Assembly: GCA_036172245.1 (NCBI GenBank)
Contig: JAYWIR010000048.1
Coordinates: 868,001-932,000 of the forward strand
DNA from: Raillietiella orientalis
Taxonomy: Eukaryota
DNA length: 64,000 bases
Direction: 5' to 3'
Positions 24,140 to 36,689 of the stretch are shown piece by piece. A model generated the notes under the pieces. That model was not told the origin of the DNA. It did not search any database and saw only the letters and a list, made by a program, of their open reading frames with translations. Position numbers and translations under genes: made by a program. Numbering within the stretch: position 1 is the stretch's first letter; each line of letters opens with the position of its first letter.

Positions 24140-24400
24140 CACGGAAGACTGTCCTTTTTGAAAGGTGGTTCCATTTGCATCACAAGTAGGAGGCGAAGGC
24201 GCTCAGTATAGGTCCGGACTTTTGTACGACGATGTGGATCGTCGGAAGGCATAGCACTCCGAGAGCAGATAATTTGTCTCAAAACACTCAGGTGGAAGCC
24301 TGGAACCGCTGAGAACCACTGCCCAGCTGGACGGGTCACCTTCCAGAAACGTATGCTTTCATGTTGCAGGGAGAATCTTGAGAGACTCTGCGAAAAAATA
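24140..24400 (-). mobile_element. Possible hAT transposase C-terminal (dimerisation) fragment
   Basis: SIRFWKV...FSAVPGFHLSVL...RRTKVRT resembles +.FW...F..+..+.L..L...T+.R. Confidence 0.3.
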
Positions 24401-24549
24401 AAAACGCGATGTCCACGACGGTTGCAGTCAGGCATTGCGAGCAGTGCCGAAGTTGGATTTTCAAGCGCCTCCTCATGACTCGACGAGGTCAATCAGAGTG
24501 GGGAACATCCCGGAGTTGAGGAGGGAGACCACATCCGACTCTGGACCAG

Positions 24550-27500
24550 AATTCTAAATTGGTGCTCCGCTTGCCAGTGTCGTCAAGAAGATGATTTGGT
24601 TCCGGGAAAGTTTGCTACAGCCGTGAACGGTATGCATGGATCGAGGCATTGGTGGTAAGCAAAACCTATTCCCTATTTGTCTTGGAAAGTCTTGATGTTT
24701 GATAATTTTGATGTATCCGTGACAGCAGATGAAATATATGGATTATTTGAAGGTCCTCCTTTTCTTTAGCGACATCTTCCTTTTTTTTTAAAAAAAGAAA
24801 AACCCATCCCTACTCTTCTTGCTGGACTGAGAGTCTTATTCATTTTTCATTGAAAACCAATCGTCAGCATCCCACAACTGATGAATTTGCAAGTCATGGT
24901 TGGGGGGCTTATCTGTCATGCTTGGACCTCTTGAAACCAGCTGCGGATACTGCTTTGCGAGATCCAGATGAGCAGGTGGAGGAAGAAAGTTATCTTTCTT
25001 TCCGTCGGTGGATCGAATCGACCTTTCTTCTTCCACTGGCAGTACGAAAAGGCATTGGCAAGCGCACCCAAGCGACTTGTCGCATCCCACCACAACCAAC
25101 TGGGTATTCAGATTCGCGGCCACGAGTAAGCATCTTCCCTGGTTCCCGCCTCGACCTCAGTTCAGTCCACAAGGCAGACGCGAAGCTTTTTTTTTTTTTT
25201 TTTCCAGTTTCATCTGCCACGCCATTTGAAATCTCGCAGAAGAACAAGGAAGGCACTCGCGGCAGATGCGACTGAGCTCCGCATGCAACTCCGAGTGGAA
25301 TTCCGTTGCACGGATGCAACTAAGGTGCGAATCTCCTGGTTGCGGGGAGCACCAACGCTGCTGCTGGAGGATTTACGGAGACATCGAGGACCGGGAAAGG
25401 TGAGCTCGCCACAGAATTGGCTCATGAACGTCGCACAGAAAACAAAACGGGAAGCTTCGAAAGGCCGGATAATTAACCCAGAAGAAAGCTCGCCCTCCGT
25501 CATGTGGCCCTGTCAGCATAATCGTGAGGTTCCTGTGGGGGGTCGAAGAAAGTCCACCGGAAGTTTTCCTGAAGTTGGCCTGGTCCAGCACGTCAAGTGG
25601 GAGGCGGCACAAGAATTGATCAAAAGACCCGTGTTAAGTTTGTACGCACGAAACTGTTTGTTTGGATGGAAACGAAGCTTCAAGCCCTGGTCTTCGCGAC
25701 ACGCATCTTTCGATGCCGAAAGCGTCATCTGAGGCATCACAGCGGTGTCGGGGACAGGCTGGACCGATGGTCCAGCGCGCGCACCTGTTTCTGTTGCTTG
25801 GGATAATCCTTCCTTCCCGAAGTAGCAATTGGAATAAATGAATCCTTCCCCGAAGTGGAAAAGACGGATGGCCGAGGCTGGAGTTTACCGCGGTCTTCAC
25901 TTCCAGGAATGCTCTGAACCAGATGGAGCGATCAACAAAAATAGATTAATGCGCTACCGCCCTCGTGCTCCAGGTCCTAACTACCTGACTCCTCTCCCTG
26001 GCAAATTTCTGCATGCAGCCATCGTTTGCTGCTTCTGCTTATTGCGTGGAGGAGGAGCTGGTAGCTCTGCTTCGGAACGGAGGAATTGACTTCCAGACGC
26101 TGGGCAGAATCGAGACTGCACCTCCAGCCTGGAAGACTGGCTCCGGTGGTCAGATATTCGAACACGAGCTGGAGTTCACCACCACGCCTCCTCCATCGTG
26201 GAGACGTGGTCCAGCTGTCTCCAAAAAGGCGAAGTCGGCGCTCCGCCCGTTCCAGGATGGGAGATCTCTCTCTTGCAGGAACGGGCCACGATCCCGACCG
26301 AGGCTTTTCTGCGGAAAGCCTTCTGGGGAGCACAGAGGCACTCTCGAGTCCGCTTGAAGGACTTGCGTGCGCCCTCCGCATCTTGGCCTGCTCGCCCCGG
26401 AGGGGATGGAACGTCAGCTGCAATTCAGAAGATTTGCACTGGAGGGAAAATACTGGACCACTCACTGGTGCGCGCCAGAACAGATTCTCAGAAGCCGGCT
26501 CAGAAGGACTCACTCATGTACAGACTCTGAAGAGTGCCCCGATTCGGGCGCCTGCTTCGGCAGATGGTCGCCATGGCACAGGTCCACCAAATGGATCTCC
26601 TACCACCCTGCGAACTGCCTGGAAGCGAACCGTTCAGACGTAGGCGGAAATCAACATTACGAGCTCGGAGCCATTTCGGCTTCTGCGATGCTCCCACTAC
26701 GCTTGCAGCTCTCTGCAGATGCTGGCTAACGACAGCGCGCCCGTGAAGGATAGGTGGGCGCAAAGTACCCCGCTTGAAGCAGAGCATTCTTCCCTACGGG
26801 AGAGCGACGATGGCTAGCATCCCGCATGATGAGACATCACCCGCAAAATCGCAGGAAGGAAGAAGACATCGGGTTGCTGGACGGCGTCCTTCACCCTTCT
26901 CGTCCATCCGGAAGAACTCCGTTGGGCGGATCTCCTTCGAATTTCCTTGCGGAATACGCGGAGATCCCGCAGCACCCTTTGAATGGCTCTGTGCCTCACT
27001 CGAAGTGGCAGGAATCAGTGTCGCGATTGCTACATTGGTATGTTCCATGCTAGATTGCCATTGGATCCAGCGGAGGTGCGGCGGCTCCTGAACTGCGCCA
27101 GATGCAGCGAAGGGGAAGAATTCCCGCACCCGTTTTCCGAAGGTGCTGTCCAGAGAGGTGTGTGGGAACATCTTTCAGCTGCTTCATAATCCTCCAAGGG
27201 CGACTAAAAAGGCGCAGCAAGGCGCCTCCACACCCATGGCGCAAATGCTTCCTAAGGGGGGCGTCGCAGCTTTGCGCTGCCTCCTCGGGATCGCGACAGC
27301 AGGAAGCTACAGCAAAGGAGGCCAGGCAGACCACGGACGCCACGTCCGTCGTGGTTTCTTTTTTCTCAAGAACACGATCAGATGGACCCTTTTCGCACAC
27401 CACGCAGAGGAACTCGTCAGCACTCCTGAAAGGATGCTAAGGACTTCAGGGATACAAGGACAATAGAAGGACGCAGAGACAGGGATGCCACTTCCACTTT

Positions 27501-28480
27501 GCCTCCCGCTTCATGAGAATGGCAACAAGATGGTCCTACCTGAACAATATGCAATAAAAACTTCACAGCATCCTCGAAAAGATGCAATGGTGTCACCCTC
27601 AGCAGAACGTGATCCCATCCCACGTCCTCCCCAGTTTGATAATAAAAAATAAAAAACACGAGTGGACGACGGGCCAGCTCATCAACCTTGCGACCCCGAG
27701 TGCTCGATCTCGTGGACCTTTGCGAGGCTTGCTACTGGCTATTCCGGAGGAAGACCTGCAGGGGCCCCCGGTGCCCATGAACACCTCCACCCTCTCTTTG
27801 AAGTGGAAGGAGTCGGCATTGCTGCTGCTGCACTGGGACCTCCCGTGCAGCGCCCATCGGCACCATTGGCGACGGGTTATGTGGACCCAAACTGTGCTAG
27901 GTGCAGGAGCAAGAATCCTTCCTGCACCTCCTAGCGAACTATATTGCCCTCCAACCCCTTTGGGAATGGCTTGCCGCGACTATTGGAACCCTCGGCGGCA
28001 ACGCCAGAGACATTCTGAAGCGTCTCTTCCTGCGGGACGCCCTCACACCGGCCGCATTCCCGGCAGCACTTTGCAGCAGGACCGTGACTTCATGGAGCAA
28101 CGTCAGAGGAAGTCAGGACGACAAGGACACTATTTATTTAGCTGTCCTCTTGTTGAGGACTGCGTGAAAATGGCCCCATCTGGCAGTCTTGAAACATTGC
28201 CGGCATCCTTACAAGGGTGCAGAGGACACCCTCCAGCACAAGTGATCCCTTCTCGAACCCCCCATTTTTTTGACTGCATGTTTTTTTGTTTTATGTTTTT
28301 TTTTTGGTTTATCTCCCCTTCCCCCATGCTGCCGAGGCGAACCCCGCTGGCCTGCGCGCCAGTTTCCGGCAGGTTCCTTCTCGTAGTTTTAAGTAACGTG
28401 GCAGGATCAAACGTCCTGCCACAGACCTGGATGTTTATTTTTTATAAATAAACGACCCGGCGCGGCCGGATGTCAACCAC
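24550..28480 (+). mobile_element. L1/Tx1-like LINE family A, decayed ORF2 (APE-RT-thumb-zinc finger) plus 3' UTR
   Basis: GWGAYLSCLD (resembles GGDFNC.LD) and DRIDLS..PSDL (APE C-terminus); SGVGQAGP (resembles GVRQG.P); LGLLAPEGMERQLQFR (thumb); LLLHWDLP..CARC..LLANY..LWEWL (zf-RVT). The 3' hairpin is at 28398-28422 and AATAAA at 28447. Confidence 0.7.
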
Positions 28481-28689
28481 TTGCTCTGGAGTTCTCTGGC
28501 TTTATTCCACGGACTCAAACGAGTAGGTATCAAATAGCTTGAGGATGTCCTAGCGGGTGCCTCCAGTAGGTGTCTCGGAGGTGTTGGATGTTGGACGACA
28601 TCACCAGACAGTCAGTGGGGTTCCACCAGCGCCGCATCCGAAGTCTGCAGGCCAAGTAGCTTCTTCCCGTGTAGAGGAATCGAAACTCG

Positions 28690-28800
28690 TGGCACTCCCT
28701 CCATTTTTCGGCGTCCATCCTTCCCCGGAGGGTATTCGAACCCGTGACGCCTGGCGCGCTACGCGCGGAGGCCGAAGCCACGCGGGGCCTCCAACGCGGG
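28690..28800 (-). mobile_element. SINE 5' head, truncated
   Basis: Reverse complement reads cccgcgttggaggccccgcgtgg...gtcacGGGTTCGAATaccctccggggaaggatggacgccg. Confidence 0.7.
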
Positions 28801-28899
28801 CATTCTACATCCAGGCCACGGCGCGATTTCCATGAATGACTGCCATCTTGGTGCCATCGTAAAGCTCCGAATTCGACTTGCATTTGCATCAAACAATGA

Positions 28900-29850
28900 T
28901 CACTGCAAATGGGTCTGGCATGCGTTCAACAACACGCCCGGATGCACGCCCATCTTCAAGTGGAGCAATCGATTCCGTTGATCCACGGAAAGGATGGTCG
29001 TCGATTTACAGCCTGCGTCGCCTTAATGAGCATCCATCTTGCGCTTGAGCGTCCGCTGCCCCTCTCACGTGAAATCCCTCCCTCCGGGATGACGACGCAC
29101 TTGGAACGACTTTCCGTGCGACACCCCATGTGCTCATCTCAAAGAGTGCGTCGCAGTGCGGGTTCGCAGCAATAGTTGCGGCAATCCAAGGAAAGAGCAG
29201 CCGAACTTTCCAAAAGACTGGGCTGCTTGCGGAGAAGGCAGCGGAAGGTCAGATTGCAGCCGCGTTTTCTTGTGGTCACTCGTTCGTCAGCGACGCCTTT
29301 TCGTGTGTCCTCGACGGACCGTGCTTCCGGGACAAGTCACGTGGACTTCCTCTCTGCCAGCACACCACGCGTCGATTCGAGGCAGAGATTCCACAGGTTC
29401 GAGAGACTTTCCTCCAACACGAACCTAGAGGAACACAGGTATTCCCTCCAACAGCTTTGCTGCTCCTGATACCCGCAAATGGCATTTCGCTTCCGCCCTT
29501 GTTCTTCAGTTCTTTGGATGAATATGGGAGGATGGTGAGCGCAGCTTTGCGAGAAGCAAACCGACAGCAGAGGCGCAGGCGCACTGCGTTTCTTCCTGCT
29601 TATCGGGAGCGGCACGAGCAGAGTGCGTGGCCCCAGCTGAAACGGGCCGGAGGCCCGGGAACATCGCGCTTCCCCGTAGATTCCAGCTGAAATGGTTGTC
29701 ATCGCGGCCGTATGAATTCGCCGCTCAATGGCTGCAGAGAAGCGCGAGGCTTCATGTAAGAGAAACCTTGCTGTGGAGGTTCCCGGAAGCCCGAAAATAG
29801 AGGAAGTCCTCGGGGAAATTTGGATCGCTTGCACGCGGGCACGGAACCCG
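28900..29850 (-). mobile_element. Possible piggyBac transposase relic
   Basis: SGFRE..FSYMKP, GIYGEA (resembles +Y.GK), NAICG (resembles CGT) and FEMSTWGVAR (resembles YN..+.GVD), in the expected order. Confidence 0.3.
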
Positions 29851-30028
29851 AAGAGAGTGGTCCGCTCCGGAACGCAGCAGAGCCGACGCACGCGGTGTGC
29901 ACGCGTGGTACGCGAGGCTCCAGCGGGATAGCAGGAGAGTGGAAATCGGGAGAAACCTAGCCTTAAGATTTATCGTAAAAATAAAAATTCAAAGTCAGAA
30001 GATTTAATACAGCAGTCTTCTTCGTTCC

Positions 30029-30059
<31 letters not shown>

Positions 30060-30221
30060 CTTTACGAAAAATGCATTCATTTGTAAAACGCTTTGTCTGC
30101 GATCGCTTTCTTCATTCGAGGGCTCAAAGACCGAATGATCATTCAACATCGCGTGAAACCGATGCATCTTCCGAGTTTTCAAGTTTTTTTTTGGCGTCTT
30201 CGTAGGAGAAGGAGCTCAGAC

Positions 30222-30912
30222 GTCACCGCGTGGTGCGCCAAGTCATCGCGGGTTCCAATCCCGCCCGGGGAAGGATCGACTCCAAGAAACCGGGGGGTGC
30301 GTCATGGGTTTCGAGTTCCCCCCGCGAGTTGGCTCTGGCTGGCCCTGGGTACGGCAGCACTATTGGAAGACCCCGGACGACCCCGTTGACTAGCTGGGAT
30401 TGGAAATCAACTCTCCAGGGTTCTTCCAGGAACCAAAGAGCCCTCCGGGATTCCCCCTTGGTTGTGAAAATGGGAACCCTACCATCGCGTACAACGAAAC
30501 GGGTTGATCCTTCTCCAGATTGTGAGGAGCGCGCTGCTCCCTTGGAAGCGTACTTTCGTGGTTCCCTTCAGAGCGGTAAAACAAGGAACGATTCCCTTGT
30601 GGGTTCCATTCGGAGAAGAAATGAGAATTGTCCCCTTCCGGGGGGTCTCTTTCGAGACAGCCAGGGCGAGGGAGTCCCGAAGGAAACCATAACTTTGGCC
30701 CTCCCGATCGTGAGAGGAAAGGTGTTCCTCCCTCCAGAGCCTTCCTGAATTCGTAGGATGCCCCTCCGGGCTCACCCCCTATGACTTGAAACATCACACA
30801 CGCCCTCCGGCGGCCGCGTGGAACGGTGTTGCAAAAGCTCCGTGCGTCCCCCCTCTGAGGAGGAGTCGAACGGTTCCTCAGTGGTTAGCGAACCAAAAAA
30901 AACAAAAAAAAA
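30222..30912 (+). mobile_element. tRNA-derived SINE, near full length
   Basis: GGGTTCCAATCCCgcccggggaagg at ~30250, conserved body, and 3' end cgaacggttcctcagtggttagcgaacc(A)n. Confidence 0.85.
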
Positions 30913-30959
30913 GGAAAATCCGAGAAAAAAAAAAAGTCTGGAAGGAACGCAGCGAAGAC

Positions 30960-31400
30960 AGGAGGGAGCGCGCACAGATCGACCATTGCAGTTTACGATT
31001 CAGTTGCTCAGATCGGAAAATCTTCCGAGCTGCTCATCCGAAACGGGAAGCAGGATTGCCATCTCCCGAGAGGAGAATGATGATCATCCAGGAAGTGGCG
31101 CTGCGGTCGTGGTTTCACGGTGTTTTCCAAGGCATCCCCGGCATCGGCAAAGTGGTCTTGCGAGAGCTGGGAGCTCCCGCTGGAGAGTGGATGCAGTGAC
31201 AAAAGAAGGATTCGCCAAAACCTGAGGACCGCCTGATCCGTTGGTGCAAGCGAATGTGTGTTTCAATTGGGGATTCCATCCTCCTGTCCATCCTTTGGAA
31301 AACCATCCGCGTCCATCATCGCATAAGAATCGCCGGTGAAACTGCTACGCGGGATGCCGGAAGTACAAGCGCGCCACGAGTGCGGCGGTCCCTCGGTACT
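30960..31400 (-). mobile_element. hAT (Charlie-like) transposase fragment
   Basis: DADGFPKDGQEDG (resembles DGA..M.G...G) followed by SFFCHCIHSP (resembles HC+IH..L). Confidence 0.4.
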
Positions 31401-32049
31401 CGTCGGTGGTTCGTTCCGGAACACGTGACGAGTGCCGAAACCGACGAGCACCGAACGAGTTCCCCTTTCTAGGCTTCGTGGTATCATTTCGGACCATTTT
31501 TCGACCTATGGTTAACGAGGTTAAAACGCTTCCGCGAGACACGCTAAGGAAGTGTCCGGCACTGTTCGCGAGCTAGCACGAGACGAAAGTGTTCACTTGC
31601 TCCATCGTGAGAGCCGGGTGTCGAGTTCCGAGCATGCACGGAGTGTGGAAACTTTTTTTTTTTTTCTCGTCAAAATGCGGCGAGTACTGATTTTATCGAG
31701 TTCCGAGACAGTCGAGTACCGAGGTACCACTGTGGTTCCCAATGATCAAAAAGATGAATGGCACCTTCGTTTACAAACGGTTCTTCGAAACAGCTGACCG
31801 GTGCTCGTGTTTGATTTTCGAACCCAGATCTCTGCCGAGATGCACCGAGAGTTATCAGCTCGTATCCCTGCTTTCCTGTCCGGCTTCCAGCTCACGTTTG
31901 GAGTAATTGTGAAAGCAGATGTTTCCTCATCGCCATCTTGGTCCTGAGGCTCCTTGGACGCGAGACGGAGATGCTTCCTGCATGATGCCCGGACTTTCGT
32001 CCTCAGCACTCGGAAGAAAAATGGCGAGTCCTTCCTCGAACACGAAAGT

Positions 32050-33050
32050 GACCTCACCGCCTGCATGAATAATTTATCGCTGAGATGATGAAAATCAATA
32101 CCATCCGCAACCGCTTCACGACTGTGTTGAGAAAATTCCGTGGCAACAGCGCGGAAACCGTTCGGGATTCGCCATCGGAATCTTCCACGATTTCAAGAAA
32201 GATTTATACCATTTTATCCCGCTGGTGTTTGTAAAGAATTTCTTCTTCCGGCCCATGAGTGGATGTCTTCCAGCAAACCGAGAAGCTGTCTTCCTTTTTC
32301 AGAAGAGGCCATCGATTTTTTCGTTGTGGAAGGACTTTAGTCAGGATCGAGAACTGGGGTGAGGACAAGGAACTTTTGCAGCAGATCTGCGTCTCCTCTT
32401 GCCTTCGGCTGCAGCTTCTGCAAGAGACCACTGCGCAGTTCTCGTCGATGCGATGAGCCCAGCGGACGCTTCGCATCCACGGATGTCTGTTCGGATCAAC
32501 CGTGCAGGACTCGCTTTTCATCCAGCATCACCTCGCGAGATCATCTCCATCGTGCGGGTTTCCTTGCAATCAACGGCGGAACCCAGAAGCTCCGTTGCCA
32601 ACATCGGTGACGATCCTCGATGCTGGGCAGGGAGCAGACATTCGATGACGTCGATTTGATCCGACCATGTCCGACGGAACACCTCAGGGCTGCACAGCAC
32701 CTGTGATCTCGTTCATTGCGAGTTCATTGCGCTGCCGCGTTGCATGTGATTAGGAATCTCATTCTGAGCATCCTTAGTGACGAAGCTTTCCTCAGCACTC
32801 TATTTCCATTGCAGAGCAGAGTTATTTCTAGATGTTGAACGTAGAGGAGGGAGTACCGGCAATGTTGGCAGCTCATTCCTCTTTTGAATATGCTGCTGCA
32901 CCGCGTTTTATTTTCTCCTCTTAAACCCCGATTTTCAGCAGCATCTAGCACTGCAGCCATTCCAGTTTTGTTCGTGCAAACCAATGTGTCATCCTTTGGG
33001 ACTTTCCGTGATTGTAAAACACTATTTGCAGTTTCCGTTTCCATTTGAAG
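32050..33050 (-). mobile_element. hAT transposase relic
   Basis: DDTLVCTNKTGMAAVL, MSCQHCRYSL (resembles C..H.L.L), RRTWSDQIDVIECLL (resembles TRW.S) and KIPMANPERF (resembles P.+NA..ER.FS). It may extend to ~34100. Confidence 0.4.
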
Positions 33051-33979
33051 TTTACTGGGAAAAAGTTCTCGGTTCGAATATTCCGGAAACTGATCCGGGA
33101 ACTGCAGCCGAAAATCTTTTTCCTTCCCGATTTATAAACCGCGGTCGATCTCTGCTGGGAGCAGAAACTTCTAGGACGTCTTGAAAGTCGGTCTCATCCT
33201 TAAGTCCGTGCTTTGTAATCATTTAAAAAACCCGCGTCCTTTATCGTTATTGGGAACATGTAAGAAAGCTTGGACTGTACATGTGGTATGAGCTGCAATT
33301 TTCAATATTTATTCATCTGCGAAAGCTCTTGATATGGACTTGGACCTTCTTCAGCCGCTTCCGGCTGAGCAGAGGCTTAGTAGAGCGTCCACGAAGTCCG
33401 CTTTCGTCAGTCCGGAAGCAATAGAGTTGTCGAAGGCTAGAGTGCTACTCTATTCGTGGAATCCCTATGGAACCAGCCGCGTGGTCGCCACGACGAACTG
33501 GAAAGTGAGGAAGGAAAACAGGGAGTGTGTTTGTGGCGCGGCTACTTAGTTGCATTTGCTTCTTCGCATCATTGCTCGACCCCGGAAACGAGGAATTGGG
33601 TGCGGGGAAGCCGCGTTCCCTTCGTGTTTTCATTCGGAGATCTGCACTGCGAGTCTCTCTCTTGCAATGGGACCCTCGGAGCAAGATCTGCGCAATTGGG
33701 GGAAGGTGGACAGAGTCCAAAACTATGAGTGCAATGTATCACCGTCTACACTGAAATGTCCCGGTCATCATAGCCATCTGTAATGGACAGCCTGTCACAG
33801 AGCTGCAAATACAGGAATAGGGGCAGCTAACTGATCTTCGGCACAACAGATCCAACAGGGGAATGTTCACGGAGTGCCTCGAAGGTGACAAACAAAACAG
33901 ATTCATAAGGGGTCTTCGAGCTGATTTTCAAAAAAAGACTTCAGGCCAATCCTTCTCTTCCGTCGCATTTTCTCTTTCA

Positions 33980-34095
33980 CACCTAGGTAAGGCACGGTAA
34001 GTCAGGGAGGGTGAGTTAGGGTATGTAGGTCAGGATAACTCAGGATAGGTCAAGTAGGGTAGGTCAGCTTGGGTTAGGGGGGATCAGGTTTGGTC
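33980..34095 (+). repeat. Degenerate (TTAGG)n-like pentamer array
   Basis: ctagg taagg cacgg taag tcagg gagg gtgag ttagg gtatg tagg tcagg...gtagg gtagg tcag...ttagg. Confidence 0.55.
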
Positions 34096-35313
34096 GGCTG
34101 TCTGCTGCACGTGCAGGTGAGAAGCGCGATCCGTACAAACACGATTTTTTTTTTGTGTGAAGTTTCGGTGGTCACGTTTTGAAGGATGTTGGCAGGGATG
34201 CTGGGAATGTGGAGGCTTTGGTGCTGTGGCTGCTCGCGACTCGTTCCGAATGCGGAGAGCAAATTACTGTGATCTCTTTGCAGAGCGACTTCACTCGGCA
34301 GCAAACTCTCGCTTGTTCACTTTCCATGGAAGCTGCGTTTCTTTGGTGATTTCCAAATAGCGGGGTTAAGGGTCTTGATCTCTGGGATCTCTCGACTCTG
34401 AGAGATCATTCAGATTCATTCCGAATTCCTCTTCACGGGACTAAAGCACCCAAATAGCCATCTTTGTGTCTTCTGCCATGATATGGTTTCAAGACGTCGA
34501 AAGAGAAAGATGCAAGTGAAGGCAGTTTCCAGCATACCGATTGAACGATGTCGAGCATCGGGACAGGTGAAGCCGTATCCTTCAATCGTTCCAAAAAGGA
34601 CGAGGGATCAGCCTTCGTTCTAGAGGAAACGAAAGGCATTCCCGGAAGCGGAGAGCAACGAGCAGTCATCCAGGAACCCTCCTCGTCCAGTCGCATCTTT
34701 CCCAGGAGCAATTTCGGCTCGATCTCTTCAAGGAAGCCCCGCGTCTTCTGCTCGAGTCCCGAGTCGCAGCACGGATCGAATTGCAGCATCTCCAATTCCA
34801 GATCTGCGTTGATGATCTGAAACGCTGCTCGGCGATGCTGCATTCTTCTTCAGAGTGGGACCTGAAATCTCGGAGTGCATGAATTTCGAGAGCTGAGCAG
34901 GAGAACCGAATGCTGATGCATCCACCGGATGAAGAAGATGAGTTTCAGCGGGCGCATCTTTCTCCCTGAATGCAAGCGCGACTTGCGCTTGCAATCGGGA
35001 AGAAAGCCGATCCCCAAAGAGGCGGCGCGAACGGATGAAACGCGCGGATGCGCTCTCTGGCACGTGAGACCTTATTAGGCCGTTAATTTGTAAGGCATCT
35101 GTCCCGGCATGTCGATGAGCTCTTAAATACGGGAGGAGTTTGTGGTCGCTGCTGCCTTGCGAGCTGCGGTTCATTCGGCGGGCGCTTCAGCGACGCACCA
35201 ACTGTCAAACCAGCAGACGAACAAGAAAGTCGGTTATTCTTCGTTTGCAGTTGCAGCCAGCGAAGCCAAGAAAAATGTTGTCTTTTTGTTTTTGTTCCTT
35301 CCCCTACCCCCTG

Positions 35314-35317
<4 letters not shown>

Positions 35318-35351
<34 letters not shown>
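35318..35351. repeat. (CT)n microsatellite
   Basis: About 17 perfect CT units. Confidence 0.95.
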
Positions 35352-35354
<3 letters not shown>

Positions 35355-35444
35355 TTCCTTCCTTCTTTTTTCCGCCTCGTCGCAAGGGCTCACTTGATAA
35401 GGTTTGCGTGGGATAGAGAAGAGGGAGAAAGCAGGGTTTTTTCA

Positions 35445-36450
35445 TCCGATCATGCCGGAAAGTTTATTTTATAAAAAACAAACCGGCTGGGAACTTTGTT
35501 CCCAGCTGGTTGTTTGACTACAACAAGAAACAAAGGGGGGGGTCTGTCGGCACGCAGGCCTGGAAAACGAAAAGTCCGGAACGGGGAGGGACAAGGGGAC
35601 AACAAAAACAAACAAAATGGGTGGGAGGAGCAGGGATTTTTGGTTTTGCTCCGTGTGCACCGGGATGAAAACACAAAGCACCGGGGAAGTTACGGTAAGG
35701 AAATGGGGAATGGGGGAAAAAAAAGAAAAAGAAAAGATAAAGGGAAAGAGGGGACAAGGGTCACCGGGTCCACCGTTCCAAGCCGTCCGTAACCGGAGGT
35801 GAATGCCTATGATCCCCTCCTTGGCTTCCTTTTCCAGATGAGACCATCTTGCAGCCGCCCTGATGTAGGTGGCTGCCATCCTAGTGACCTCCCTTCGCCG
35901 CGCGGTGACCTCCAGCACCTGTCAGGCCCCAACTATGGCACGGATGCAATCTGTGGCTGCAATAAGTGCGCACTCCGAGAGGCCTCTCGGCGTGAAGAAC
36001 CACCGCAGCACGCCTCGATTGGTGTCCTCCCGGTGCAGGAGTGCTGCTTCCAACCTCCTCCACAGTTCATGGAGGGCACCGCAGTCCAGAAGAAGGTGCG
36101 ACAGGATCGACTCCACACCTGGCACAGTTCGGGGATGCAGTCCCTCCGGAAATTTGGTGCCGTCGCCCGCTGCACTGGAATCCCAGTGGCCTGCTTGCAG
36201 GCGAGGGGGAAGAACGAACCGTCCAAACAGTGGGGAGGGACTACAGATTCTTCAGGGGCAACACCCAAGAGTTCGCCCCAATGAAGGAGCCCCTTCGCCA
36301 CAGAACGCGGAGTGGAGGCATCCACCAACTCACGCGTCTTCCAGGCACCGAGGAGTTTTGTATTTCCCGCGATGGTGCAGGCCCAACTTGCCGGTTGGCT
36401 ACTGTCGTCGCTTGCCAGAAAGCAAAAGGCCGCACAGGTTTAGTAGGGCT
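35445..36450 (-). mobile_element. Tx1-like LINE family B 3' fragment plus 3' UTR
   Basis: Minus strand reads VESILSHLLLDCGALHELWRRL and AATYIRAAARWSHL. A 14-bp hairpin lies at 35481-35511. Confidence 0.7.
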
Positions 36451-36689
36451 TCCCGGAGAGGGAGTTAAGAGCCATCTGACGCCGGCGTCGCTCTGCTTGG
36501 AGACGCCCGCTGAATCGGTCCGCGGAGATGGATGGATGCCTACGGAAAATGTACGGAAAATGAACGCGTGTCGGTTCCCCAACACGGCAGCGCAACGTTT
36601 CGCAACACGCGCGCGTGAGCGTGTGTGATCAGCATGTGTATGTGCATGTGTGATCCACCCTTCGGCGCCATATTGTGGAGTATCCATGG

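Noticed and set aside
30032..30063. Long poly-T and other homopolymer runs (e.g. poly-G at 38571-38587)
   Set aside because: Common slippage tracts or retro-tails, possibly inflated by sequencing, with no specific function supportable.
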